From Mytilus trossulus (Eukaryota): 64,000 nt of DNA. The stretch spans positions 61,566,001 to 61,630,000 of the forward strand of contig NC_086376.1 in the NCBI RefSeq assembly GCF_036588685.1. Reading direction: 5' to 3'. How positions within the stretch are numbered: the first letter of the stretch is position 1; every line of letters starts with the position of its first letter. Positions 1-13,006 of this stretch are shown here, one piece after another. The notes below the pieces were generated by a model. That model saw nothing but the letters and a program-made list of their open reading frames with translations. It had not been told where the DNA came from and made no database searches. Made by a program: the position numbers and the translations under genes.

Positions 1-25
1 CATACCACATTTTCTTATTTATATG

Positions 26-162
26 TACTGTAAATTCAGAAGTTATTGGTTGCGATTTGAAAAGATGGACAAAAATGCGAATTTTATTATTGCGGTAATC
101 ACCTGTTCGTAATTTTCGTACTGATAAATTTAAAACATCGCAATAATTTCAATGTTACAGTA
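26..162. mobile_element. Short TA-flanked MITE (TACTGTAAATTCAG...TTACAGTA) in the DUSP intron
   Basis: Imperfect terminal inverted repeats TACTGTAA...TTATTG / CAATAA...TTACAGTA. The same left end recurs at 10845 and 33164. Confidence 0.55.
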
Positions 163-213
163 ATAAATAATGTCTATAAGTACCAATAATTTAATCATTT
201 TAACATATTACAG

Positions 214-1400
214 ACACTTCGCAAGAGATTTACAAGGACTAAAATACCGAGGAATCACACATATATTAAATTTAGCAATAGAGGATTCAGAAACCGGAAG
301 CGAATACTACGCTGACACTGCAATTACTTATTCTGAAGTGGAGATGTATGACGAAGAAGATTACGATATTAAACAACATTTTGAGCATACTTCTGATATA
401 ATAGATAATGCTTTGAAACAAAATGGTATGAAGCTAAAGACCGTTCTCTTTTACATTTGAATTTTTAGTCATTTAGCGCCTCGATCAAGTATTTGGAGTT
501 TTAGTATTTAAAGCTATTTTAACCTGCTTTCAGTGCTATGCTACATTTATGATTTATCACATACGTTTTATTTTATTCTGTTGAAAAATGAAAATAAATA
601 TCCTTCCCTTATGTAAAATTGACCTTCTATATATATAATACCCCCCTTTACACCTCCAAATTTAAAATTATTTCTATTGTAACTCATTTCAATTGTAATA
701 ATACTCCAAAAAGTTGTTTGTATGTATTTTCAAGGACGTACATGTATAACTAACATACTTCCTTGGTATTTTTAAAACATGCTGCATGGAAAAGATATTT
801 TGAAAAATTACTTAGCCATGGTATTTTGACTCCCCTGTGGTAAATTGAACCCCCTAACTATAAACCTTTTATTTAAAAAATCAAGCTATTTTAACTACTT
901 GATATAGTAATTATACCCCAATAAATAGTATATGTACGTATAACATGCTGGAAAAGATATTTTGAACATTTTACTTCTCGATGACAAGTTTACATGATAT
1001 AAGCAATAGTTTACAAATGTTAAATTATCCCAAACTGATACGAAGATAAAGTATACGACTTGTTTTGCACTATGCGGACTGTGACGCTTCTATAAAAACA
1101 AAGACCAATTCATTCAACATTCATATTTTTCTATTATTGACATACACATGATGGTGTCTTATTCTTTCAGGCAAAGTATTAGTTCATTGTCACTCTGGGT
1201 ACCGCCGGTCCCCAACTGTAGCAATCGCATATATGATGATGAAGCAAAAATTCCATCTTTGGGACGCCATTGTTGAAGCAAGATCAAATAGAAAAATATG
1301 TCCAAATTCAGGATTTGTAGAACAGTTGTGTATGCTTGAGAGAGAACTATATGGACATTCTTCTAACTTAGACCAAGTTGACGAAAACGACGAAACATAA
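214..1400 (+). CDS. Atypical dual-specificity protein phosphatase (DUSP3/13/26-like), 5'-partial; join(214..425,1171..1400)
   Basis: Acceptor CAG at 211-213, donor GTATG at 426, acceptor TTTCAG ending 1170, stop TAA at 1398-1400. The spliced frame reads ...GITHILNLA...EMYDEEDYDIKQHF...[31 protein letters not shown]...RSNRKICPNSGFVEQL..., which has the CX5R P-loop, AYLM-like and R..I.PN.GF..QL DUSP motifs. AATAAA at 1517-1522. Confidence 0.9.
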
Positions 1401-4400
1401 AGAGACGAACTACTATTGTATATAACGATAGGTTGTGCCAACAATGTATAAACATAAAAGCCATTAGGGATACACGTATACTCCCATTTGAATATCTTTG
1501 CAAATATCTGCATGCAAATAAATTGAGTTACATTTAGATATAAAAAAAAATTAGGAGATGAGGTATGATTGTCAATGAGTCAACTTTCCATACGAGTTAA
1601 ACTGAAGTGGTAATAAACACCAACATGCCTTCATCAATGAGAAAAACACATATCATTTAGTGTATATTTAATAAAAAATGAATGATAAAATTTCAATTTT
1701 AATGGTGACACTTCATATTAAAGACAATCTTAATTTATCAATCACACTAGCTCTTTCTGATGACCACCACCTTATTTCTATGTTTGCTCTAAAGTTATAA
1801 CTGAACACGAGTTATTACCCGCCCTTGTTAATTATAGTAACACTTTATTTTCGCTTTATAGACTTAGATAATACCAAAATGAGCAGCAATATTGTGTATA
1901 CAGATAATGAGATGTGGTATGATTGCCAATGAGACAACTATCCAACAAAATCCAAATGACATGGATATGAGCAACACTATCTAGCAAATCATATGGACTT
2001 TAACAATTCAAGAAAAATTCGAACCTTGTTACGCTTGTTCATTCAGTTATAAAAGACTCAAATAAACATTGTTTAATATATGGGTTTACGAAAAGATTAC
2101 AGCCGACCAATTAGACTATACGTGAAAGGGAATCGTATGCACAATTGAACAGGACAAGTAAATTAACAGTGAAAACATGTTTAACAGCTTTTTCTTTCAG
2201 CGAACCGTATAACAAATTGCATTTCAAAACAAATTGTTGAAAGTTACAAATTATAAACATTGTTAATTTTTCTGTTTTTCACCAAGATTAAAATTGGACA
2301 CCTTGCATTTATTATGCTTTTCTTAACATATGATCAAATCTTCGAAAGACCCTCTTCTAATTATTGAAACTATCTTCTGCATTGACATTAATATATTGTT
2401 GTTAATAAGAAACATACATTCGGGCCAACGTCTTCAATGTGCTTCTAATACGTAATAAGGTTTTCTCTTTTGAATTGTTTTTATAACCTGATAGAAAAAA
2501 AAAACTGTGTCAGAAGTTATTAAGCCTATTTTCAAATAAACAATATAGATTTTAGTTTGTACGTCAGTTTTATCTGGAAAAACCATCATCAGACAATTTA
2601 TAGATGAAAATAAATGTTCATATACCATGAAGGTGTCAGAACACTAAATCAAAATTCCTATCAAATTTTGTAATTTTCACAGCTTTCTCAATATTTTAAC
2701 TTCAAAGAAACCAGACATATTCTGAATTGTACATGTATCATCTTTCTACATGCCAATTATCAGCCCATGTTGAAAGTCTTCTGAGAAAGAATTGCCTTTC
2801 AGAAGACAAGAACTACAAAAACTAACTCCTGGTTTTCTGGAAACTTTAGTTTACTATGGAGCGCATGAATCCTCAATTTTTATAATGCAACTCTTAGACA
2901 AGTAAATTTGGGCTCAAAAATGGTCTTAATATATTTCTTATGCACCAAAAGTTTCATTTTTTCAATGACATATAAAAGCACTATTTTGTGTCAGAGTAGG
3001 GCTACTTTTACTTAGGAAGGAGAGTATTGATTGTCTGACACCAAGAGTTTATGAGCAAATTTCCCTCCTATATATGATTTTTCATGAAAACATAATTAAC
3101 TAAGAAACAATTTGTACATAAATAAAGACAACCATAGTATACCGCTGTTCGAAAGTCATAAATCGATTGAGAGAAAACATATCTGGGTTACAAACTAAAA
3201 CCAGGAAAACACATCAACTATAAGAGGAAATCAATGAAACAACAAGACACATAAGTGCAAAAACAACAAACAAAGAAACGACAATGTAACACACACAGAA
3301 ACAAATTAGAAAATAACAACTACAATTTTATGACTTGGTACAGGACATTTAAGAAAAGGGGTGGGTTGAACCTGATTTTGTAGCTAGCCGAACCTTGCGC
3401 TTTTATTGCAATGTTAAGTATGACAATAAAAGGACAAAATTACATAACAAATGATTCATTTAATTGAGAATACAATAATAAATATAAGAAATGCTAAAAG
3501 AATTAAAAGACGAGTCTCTATGCTACCAATCCGGATCTAATATGAACTTTTACCTGCAATGATAAAAGCAGTACATTCCAAAAAAAGTTATAAAATCAAT
3601 AACTTCGCAAAACTTCAGTGAAAGACAACATTTTATGCCCTTATTGAATTTCCGTGGATAAATAAGTTGAAATGCATATATTGTCACTCCTGTTTTTCAC
3701 TAAATTTACAGATTGTCATCGAAAAAAAAAGATAGTTACTTGGGAAATGCATACAATAAATGAGTACAATTCCAAACCACTCGTCTAAATTACATGCAAA
3801 ACATTTGTTTAAGTAAATATGTTTACATCGATAACAGAGACTCATTTTTCTCGTCATTTGCTTCAAACACTGATAAAAACATTAAAACGATATATTGTGT
3901 TTTATACAGTTTTGGTTCAGAGATGGATTGTGAAAATAAAATACATAATTTGTTAAAAAAAACTCAGCATAAAGAACATGAATGTTATTTAAAAATAAAA
4001 ATACAAAAATACTAGACTCCGAGGAAAATTCAAAACGGAAAGTCCCTAATCAAATGACAAAATAAAAGATAAAACACATCAAACGAATGGACAACAACCA
4101 AATGTATGTTTAACAGCTAACAACAAAATTTTCGTTGTCTTTTGTTTTGAGAAATAATTAAATACGATTTCTTTGGGGATAATATTTGGCTTCCAATTCA
4201 AATTCCAGAAACCTACTATTTCAGATAAGTGTCTCCGCCGTCGGTCACTATCGTAAACAATTTAATTACCATAACAAATAGCTCATTGTTAGTGCAAGAT
4301 AAACAGAATGAAATTAAAAAAAAAATATTTCAGCTTCTTGCTACATTGATTAGCATATGGAATAAAGTATAACAATATCACCGAGCCTGAAGATGAATTG

Positions 4401-4607
4401 AAAATATGCGAAATCTATGAAAAATAACAACATTTAACATTATAAACCAACGGCTTATGTCATATTCATGATTTGGTAAGGCATGTCCCGAAGAAAATGG
4501 TTTGGTAAACAGTGTGCTATCGGTAACTGAACCTCCGAATTATATAACAGTTGTTATAGTTCCGTAACAAAATGGATGAGCAACAGAAATACATACTGAA
4601 ATAAAAT

Positions 4608-4928
4608 GGGAAATTTTCGTAATACTGAATTACACTTGCATTATATGAACATCAAATATTACTCATAGGTAAATAACCCAAACCACGATGAGAATAACGG
4701 AGAAAACAATTGCAACAAATAATTGATGACAACATTTTCTATCATTGTGGTTAACCTTTTTTCTTTCTTTTTTTGAATAAAAACCAATTTTATAATACAA
4801 GGTTTATCATTGTTAAATGTCTTTTTTATATCTGATTATAACAAAATTTGTGGTCAGTGAGTATATTATAAAAGACGTAGCAAACAATACGTATCACAAG
4901 GAACACACCAGCATAGATCATTACAGAG
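4608..4928 (+). promoter_or_regulatory. Promoter and non-coding exon 1 of Gly-rich gene copy 1
   Basis: GGGAAATTTTC 4608-4618; TTTTCTATCATTGTGGTTAACC 4735-4756; TGTGGTCA 4849-4856; TATAAAA 4867-4873; Inr-like TCA ~4896; donor GTAAGC at 4929. The layout is conserved in all paralogues. Confidence 0.75.
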
Positions 4929-5124
4929 GTAAGCACTTGATTTGCTTTAAAAGATAATTGTCTTTCTCTCACAAAAGATCATGTTTATCGTCATATTTTG
5001 TATATACATCTCAATATCTTATTTGCAACTTTTTTATTTCATTTTCGATTATACGTATTTGCTTATTTTTGAAGGTTTTATAATTATTCTTTTATTTAAC
5101 GGATTCGTTTCAGAACCAACAAAC

Positions 5125-6319
5125 ATGACACCAATAGTATTGCTTTCCTTTGCCCTTTTCGGACTCGTTGCAACTGAGGCCGGTGAAAAAGGATACAGTC
5201 CCAAACATAACCTGAAAGCATATGGAAATCCATTCGGACCAGGTAATATTGGTAGTTTGGGATACCAAGGAAATGGTGGATTTGGATATCCGTCTTATGG
5301 TAGACCAGGATACGGATACGGGGGATATTCCAACAATGCTTATGGTTACGGTTCACCATTAAACATTGGCGGTTATAATGAATACAATGGATATAGTGTA
5401 CAAAGTGGATATCCTGGATACGGATATTTACATGGCAGAGGATTAAACGGATTCAGTGGTAATGGAAATTACGGTGTTTATGGTAAAAATATCGGACCTT
5501 TCAATGGTAATGGATTCGGTCGAGGAATTGGAGGATATAACAATTTAAATGGTTATGGAGCATATGGTATAAATGGGGCATACGGTAGTGCTAACAATTA
5601 CGGAACATATGGTATTGGTGGTTTAAATGGTTATGGATCATATGGGGGTTTGAATGGTTTCGGATCATATGGTGGTTTGAATGGCTTTGCATCAAATGGT
5701 ATTGGTGGTATTGGTAGTTTAAATGGTTTTAGATCATCTGGTTTTGGTGGTTTGAATGGTTATAAATCGTATGGTATTGGTGGTTTAAATAGTTTTGGAT
5801 CGTACAGTATTGGTGGTTTGAATGGTAATGGTATTGGTGTCAATGGTGGACTAATAAATGGAAGACGAGGTGGATTGAGCAGTTTTGGTAAATTTGGAGG
5901 TTAGTAATCCTACACGACAAAAAAGAAGAAAAAGTTGTTATTTATATGTGAAATTTTATAATAATGATACAAATACAATTGCCAACTTGTTACTTAAGAG
6001 GGTTTCATACAAAATGACATTCGTTCGTCACGTTGGTTGATTTAGATTAATGTTCCGACACACGAATATGAGTAAAAGTAAATCGTTAAACAAATCATGC
6101 CGCATGATGAATGAATTGGATAATTATTTAAGATGGGGTGGTAAATGATTTAATATTTTGTTCCATATTACATAGATATTTTTACACTAAGTCTAAAGCA
6201 TAGCAAGGTATAAACAAATGAACATTGATTTGAAAGGTTTTGAAAAATTTGAAATAAGCTTTGAAATTGTAAATTTCAACATTGTTTTCGTCATTGCAGG
6301 TAAAAAAGGAACATATTAG
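5125..6319 (+). CDS. Secreted Gly/Asn/Tyr-rich structural protein, copy 1; join(5125..5899,6300..6319), 264 aa
   Basis: Acceptor TTTCAG ends 5113. Signal peptide MTPIVLLSFALFGLVATEA, then GGLNG[FY]GSY repeats. Phase-1 donor GTTAGT at 5900; acceptor TTGCAG ends 6299; exon 3 gives GKKGTY-TAG. The ORF-track start at 4981 is intronic. Confidence 0.88.
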
Positions 6320-8769
6320 GATCCAAGAAGTCCATGAGGAATTGATGTCGATGTTTTACATTTTTTTATAATGGTTTATGAATATTAAAAAAAAATATAA
6401 ATCTCTTTCTTTTTGATTTTTCATGCACGTTTTGTTTTCTATAGTACCATTTAAAGGAAATATAGAGATATAAACAATTCAAAAAAAAAAATTGTGGACG
6501 AATTACTGCGACCAAAAAGGTAAAATGAGAAACCAAAGCCAAAAAAACATTTTCAAGTAAAAAAAACCCATGCAACATTATAAACCATACTTATCACATG
6601 GTAATGAAATTACTATTTTTGGCGAGGTTTTTCTTATTTCACAGGAGCCTGACTTTATACAGAAACTTCTGACGAAAAAAGAAAAGATTTTGGCAGTATC
6701 CGTTAACTTTTCTTTTTGCTATGTAAATGATTTTCTCTTACTGAATAATGCAATGTTTGGTTACTAAACTAAATAATGTTTTCCATTGGACTGGATACAA
6801 GATACAATTAAGTATGTCTCTTATCTTGACGTTCACATATATACACAGATTGGATTAGGCAGTATTGCTACATGGTCCTTTAGAGTCCTTATGACTAACA
6901 GGATATCACATAATTTTGGCAGTCGTTTTATTTTTATTCCATGTGAATGTAAATATGACTCTTCAAAACTTAACTGTAAAAGGTCATCCTTTTTGCAGAC
7001 TGATTGTGACGCTGAAAAATAAATTGATATATAAATAAAGGCTACAGTAGTATACTTCCTATCAAAAGTCATAAACAGATTGAGAGAAAAAAAATCCATG
7101 TCACGAAGTGCAACATAAACTGTAAGAATAAAACAACGAAACAACAGAACACTGACTTGGTTCAGGACATTTTAAGAAACAATATAAGTCTGGTAACCAT
7201 GGTTTAAATGTAAGTTGAAATCAAATTGAACTAGCTTTTGCTTTTGCGAAACACTTCTGTGTTGCACATTTCAGATGTACTTTTTATTTTTGTTTCATTA
7301 TTCTGTGATGTCGAAGAAAAGAGGACGGGATATGGCAACGAATGCTTTGCCCCAAAAAAACTTCGTTCATTCTGAGACAAGAACTGCAAACCAGAAATTA
7401 TTGCAATATTTGTAGATTTAACAAAAATGCAAGAAAATTATTGGGATTTTTGAAAAATCTCTATCAGATGTAAGAATGCACCTACTCGCATCATTCAAAT
7501 TTATAAAAACCCTGGAATAATTTTTGAACTCTAAAAAAACTCCAAAAATCTTTAAAAAAATCAAAACTGTACATAATATTTTTACACGTAACTAGAAATG
7601 ATTGGTCAACATGAAAATCAACAAAAAGATGAAAACAAAACACGAAAACCATGGTATTGGACTCAGATCTACGACGGAGTGGTTTCGTTATGATTAACAA
7701 GTTTTAATGTCTATATGATACACTAAGTTCTAATGTCAATAGTTCAAATCTACTAGAATAGTTGAAAACAAATTAAAAAATGAGAAGCATCTCATGAAAT
7801 CGAAAATTGATGAATACCAGGTGCCTCGCCAAGGTTATTTTATTTGCGGTATTATTAGACCTATATTATCTATTACTAGTATATCCTTTTATTTTAAGAT
7901 CAGTTGGAAGGGCGCGATATATTCTAGATTTATATAGGAAGATGATAGTGTTTTTCATCATTTCGATGGCCGTAAGGTGACCTGTATCTGCTCACGTCAA
8001 TATCATGTGGAATTGTCTCATTGACAATCATACCACATCTTGTTGTTTTCATTATGAATTATTCAAAGAGAAACAATAGTATACAACATGACCTGAAATT
8101 TAAAGATAAATCTTTTTTCTTGACATTCAACTTGAAAAGCACATATCTGAATTCTAACTTATTTAAATGAAAGAACTAGAATACTAGAAGAAAATCAAAA
8201 GCACAGTTGGTTTCTATAAGATTGAAAACTGCTTTAAAAACACGACTACCAAAGGTATAAAATGGTTTTCATGAGACTCCGTAAATTAGACTTGCCGGCT
8301 TTGAAACATATTCGCAAAACCACGGGTGCCACATGTGAAGCAGAATCTGTTTATCACCCCAAAGCAACTGAGAAGACCCCAGTGTGAGGTGGGATTCTTG
8401 TGGTTTAGTCCTTAGTTCCCTTTGTTGTAATTTATGTAGTATTGTTTTTCTGTTTGTCTTAGATCATCCCCATGTTTAAGGTGCCGTGTTGCTTAGTCAT
8501 TAGGTTTTATGTTGTGTGTTATGTTCTATTGTTTATCTGTTTGGTTTAATGACAACATCATGAATTGGTTGATCTTTATGATGATTGCTGAAATTAATAA
8601 ACGACACTTTTACCATGTTTGCTTAGATTACGGTTTGACATTTATGTCGTCTGTCTACTAATTAAAGAACGTGACCTCTTCTCTAATAGTACTGTGTTGT
8701 GGCTTGTGAATTTGCATTGTTATACGACGTGTTTCGGTATTTATCCATCCAACACTCATGTATCTAGTT

Positions 8770-9060
8770 ATAAAAGAGAGACGACCAAACTCATAAATCC
8801 AAAATAAACTGACAATGCCATAGCTAAAAATGAAACAGAAAAAAAAAAGACAAACAATAGTACACATGATAGAACATAGAAAACTAAAGAATAAGCAACC
8901 CAATCCCCACTAAAAACTAGGGGTGATATCAGGTGCTCCGGAAGGGTAAGCAGCCCCTGCTCCACATGTGGAACCCGTCGTGTTGCTCATGTATTAACAA
9001 GTCCGGTAAATAGTCTAAATCGGTAGGTCACATTCATTATAACCTTTCTGTTGTGGGTTC
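8770..9060 (-). mobile_element. 5'-truncated retroelement 3' end carrying the structured GGGTGCCACATGTGGAGCAG...GCACCTG module
   Basis: Near-identical copies at 21538-21820, 29788-30280 and 56147-56335. At 62908-63570 the same sequence is contiguous with RT C-terminal coding remnants. Confidence 0.6.
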
Positions 9061-12000
9061 GGTAAGATATTATGTTATGTCTTATCGTTTGTGGTTTGAA
9101 TTCTGTATTTTTACGGTACATTTCACATATGTTTAATTTGTCAGTAAACTATGAGTCGAGTTAAATTCTATATTCTTGAAATGAATATTGTAGATTCTGA
9201 ACAGCCTTGTTGAAATCACAGTCAAATTCAAAGATAATGCTAGCTTTACATTCATTTTGCTTATCTCTACTCTCTTTTTCATTTCAATAAAAGAACTAAA
9301 CAGAAATAAGAGAAGCACAACATATTTTTATGGAAATGACCACTGTGCATTGAAAAAACTCTGAAATTACTAAAATAAACAGATCAATTATCTTGATAAT
9401 GTTAGTTTCATCACAGTATTTGTTCTCGTTATTTTTTACACACATAAAAAGTTAAAATACAAAAAATGCACTCCAAGGAAAATAAGTCCATAATCAAATG
9501 ACATAACTTAATCTTCAAGTTTGAATATATTTTGCATTAATTTTGACCTTCATTTGCTCCAAGAAAAATGCATATTTTTATACCCTCATTGTCTAAATAC
9601 GTACAGAAACTATGTTGAGTATACACATGCAAAATTTGCTCACAACTATTTCATATGAATTTAACATGAAATTCACATGAACATTTCACGTGATATTCAC
9701 CTCAAACGAGCTTATACATGAAACTCACTCACTTTCATTTGAAATTTTAGATATTTGAATTACTGTATTTTAAAAATTCATGTGAATTTCACATGAAAAA
9801 ATTAGCGTGAAGGAAATGTTGTAATTAATGACATGTTTTTACATAAACAAAAAAAGTGTTTTTCATTACTATATTTGCGGTTTATATGAAACATTTTCAT
9901 TTTTGCTGTTATGTGATTTTCAAATATATGACATTTCTACAGTATGGGTTAGAGTGTCAAATTATTTTATGTTATTGAATAGTAAATATAATTATATTGT
10001 ATTTTAACCAGTTTTAGTTCAGAGATGGCTCTTGAAAATAAAATAAAATACTCAGCATAAAGAACATGAATATTATTAAACAAGTCCAACAAATAACAAA
10101 GACAAGGATAGCTTCGAGCTCGAATGTACGTCTGACAGCTTATGACCAAATTTTCATTAATTTTTGTTGTGAGACAAATAACCAAATCCGATTTTGTTTT
10201 TGAAGTATTATATCTGGCTTCAAATTCAAATTCCAAAATACCATCATTTGAAAAGAGTTTCTCTGCCGTCGGGGGAGGGGGGGGGGTTAATTTCCTTTTA
10301 CTATGTTATTCCCCCCCCCTCAAATTTTTACGTTTTGTGCAAGATAAACAAAATGAAATTAAACATACTATATTTCAGCTTTTTGCTTTTTCCATTTTTA
10401 TGTAGCAACATTCTAACCTATGGAATTTATAATTGTTAGCTGATACTATACAAAAAAATATAACCAAAAAAACCGAGCCTGAAGATAAATTGAAAAAGGT
10501 GAGAAATCTATGAAAAACTAACACATTTAACGTTATCAACCAGCGAATAAATGTCATGTTCATGACTATAGGTAGGCATGTTCCAAAGAAAATAGTTAGT
10601 TGATTAAACCGTGTGCTATCGATAACTAAACTTCCGAAATATATAAAAGTTGTTATAATTACGTAAATATTGGATGAGCAACCGAAAGAGAAAACGCGTT
10701 TATGAGAAAGAACGATATGTAGTTAATCGTTTTGTGATTTTATTAAAATTCGGCGGTGTCGATCGCGATAACAAGTGAACAGGAAATGGAAATAAAGTGC
10801 AAGAAAAAAACCTTTAAACGACCATTCGAAGAAAGACAGTTGAACTACTGTAAATTCAGAAATTATTGCGTGTGTGTTATATTGCAATCTTTGAAGATAT
10901 GACAAAAATTGTGAGAAAATTATAGCAATTTTGGAAAAATCAGCGCACAGATATATGTACCAGATTTAGGTATTGTAATCATTGTGATACTCGTCTAGTT
11001 TCATTATTAACATTAATAAAAACCCGGTCATTATTTCTGAATAAACGTTTCTATCTCTAAGTTGAACTCCGACAGTCTCTAATCAAATGGCAGAATCAAA
11101 AGCTCAAACACATTGATAATAACTGTCAACATTGTAGAAAAGGTTGTCATGTAGAAAACAATGGAAAGCAAATTTGTAATGAAAAATAAATGTTTAATTT
11201 TTTTTTATGAAAATCTTATACCCGCGAGTCTCCTTAAACAACAACAAAGTGTTATCCACTATTATATTAACAGTTTATGAAACATTCTCAATTTCTGATG
11301 ATATATGTTAAAAAAAAAAGGACACAAAGCAACCATTGCAATAGACTATTTGTGTTTTCAAGTTTAACCACAATGAATGAAATATGGTAATTAATGATAT
11401 ATTTTTACATAAACAAAAAAAAAGGGTTCTTCATTACTATATTTGCGGTTTATGAAACATCCTCAATTTTTACTGTTTTGTGATTTTCAAATATATGACA
11501 TTTCTACAGTATTGGTTAGAAGTGTCAAATTATTTTATGTTATTTAAAAATAGTAAATATAAATATATTGTATTTTATACATTTTTAGGTCAGAGATGGC
11601 TTGTGAAAATAAAATATATAATTTTGACAAAAATATACCTAGCATAAAGAACATGATACAATATAAAAAAAAAACCACGACGAGCCTAAAGATAAATTAA
11701 AAAAGGGGAGACAGCTATGAAAACTAACAAAATTTAACGTTATCAACAAACGGGTAAATGTTATATTCATTATTTGGTAATGCATGTCCCGAAGAAAATG
11801 GTTTCTTAAACCGTGTGCTATCGGTAACTTATCCTCCGAATTATATAAGAGTTGTTATAGTTCCGTAAAAAATTGAATGAGCAACCGAAAAAGACACAAT
11901 GCCTTTATGAGACACCAATAAACATATTACCCGCAGTTTTTGGTGGGGTTCTCGACACTCAGCTTTTAGTTTTTTATGTTATCTATCACGTACTATTCTT

Positions 12001-12369
12001 TGTCTGTTTTGTCTTTATCATTTTTAACCATGGCGTTGTCAGTTTATTTTCAATTTTTGAGTTTGACTGTTCCTCAAGTATCTTTCGCCCTTCTTGTATA
12101 AACGTACTACACAGGTATACATTTGACTAACGTTTTGTGAGAGTTTGCCATTACCATGAACGAAACAGCAGGTGATATGTTTGGAGCAGGATATGAAAGA
12201 CCTTCAAGAGTACATGGTATCATCCCAGATTTTGCATGGTTTCATGTCATTCGGTCTTTAGTATTTCTACACATTGTTATGTAGACGATTGTTTATACAT
12301 TTCCAAAAGAACAAAATCATAATTCAACTTCTTAAAAAAAAATGAAATGACTGCAAGAAGCAAAGTATT

Positions 12370-12825
12370 AAAAATGGATTTACGAACTCCAAGGGAATTT
12401 AAAACGGAAATTCCCTCAGCAAATTGCAAAATCAAAAGCTCAAACACATCAAAACGAACGGATAATAACTGGCATATTCCTAAATTTGAAACATGCATTT
12501 AATGACTAGGAAAATGGTGGATTAAACCTGAATGACTGATGTACCCATATTTTGACTATTTTATTAATTGTGACTGTTTATTTAACGCATCATATTAATA
12601 TAACGGAATTTGATGAGACTGTTATTAAAGTGAGAGGGTTAGCGCTATAGAACCAGGTTCAATCCACCATTTTCTACATTTGAAAATGCCTGTACCAAGT
12701 CAGAAATATGACAGTTCTTGTCCATTCGTTTTTGATGCGTTTTGTTATTTGATTTTGGCATGTGATTATGGACTTTCCTAATTGATTTTCCTCTGAGTTC
12801 AGTATTTTTGTGATTTTACTTTTTA
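12370..12825. repeat. Two copies of an abundant dispersed repeat (GGAAAATTCAAAACGGAAAGTCCC...AAATGGTGGATTAAACCTG family); the second is inserted in inverted orientation (~12532-12825)
   Basis: The same family occurs at ~4000-4100, 25120-25215, 34750-34840, 41000-41100 (rc), 46735-46900 and 53975-54150. Confidence 0.55.
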
Positions 12826-13006
12826 TTTTTTATAGCTAGCTAAACTTTTAACTCAGTTAACGTTGGTTTAAAGAGTCCGAGTTTGAATAGATCAATTACA
12901 AATACAGTGTAAAAAATGCAAAAAATGAAACAACATTAAAAGACACAAATAATTAGAAATGCACAACTTGGATATCAATGAATGTGTACGAATACTTAAA
13001 TAAAAT

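Noticed and set aside
1190-1513. 107-aa minus-strand ORF
   Set aside because: Antisense shadow of the DUSP last exon and 3' UTR; no recognisable motif.
4981-5124. N-terminal extensions of the ORF-track proteins (4981, 13575, 25814, 35484)
   Set aside because: They lie in intron 1 upstream of the conserved TTTCAG acceptor. The true start is the conserved ATGACACCA that opens the signal peptide.
5125-6319. Assigning a gene symbol (shematrin, TMP, prismalin, foot protein)
   Set aside because: The similarity is compositional and architectural only; I cannot verify orthology without a search.
9967-10236. ORFs repeated between units (e.g. 9967/32299, 22299/30798, 22490/30989, 20000/28256)
   Set aside because: Recurrence is explained by recent segmental duplication. 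Frames break in other units and composition is that of AT-rich non-coding DNA.
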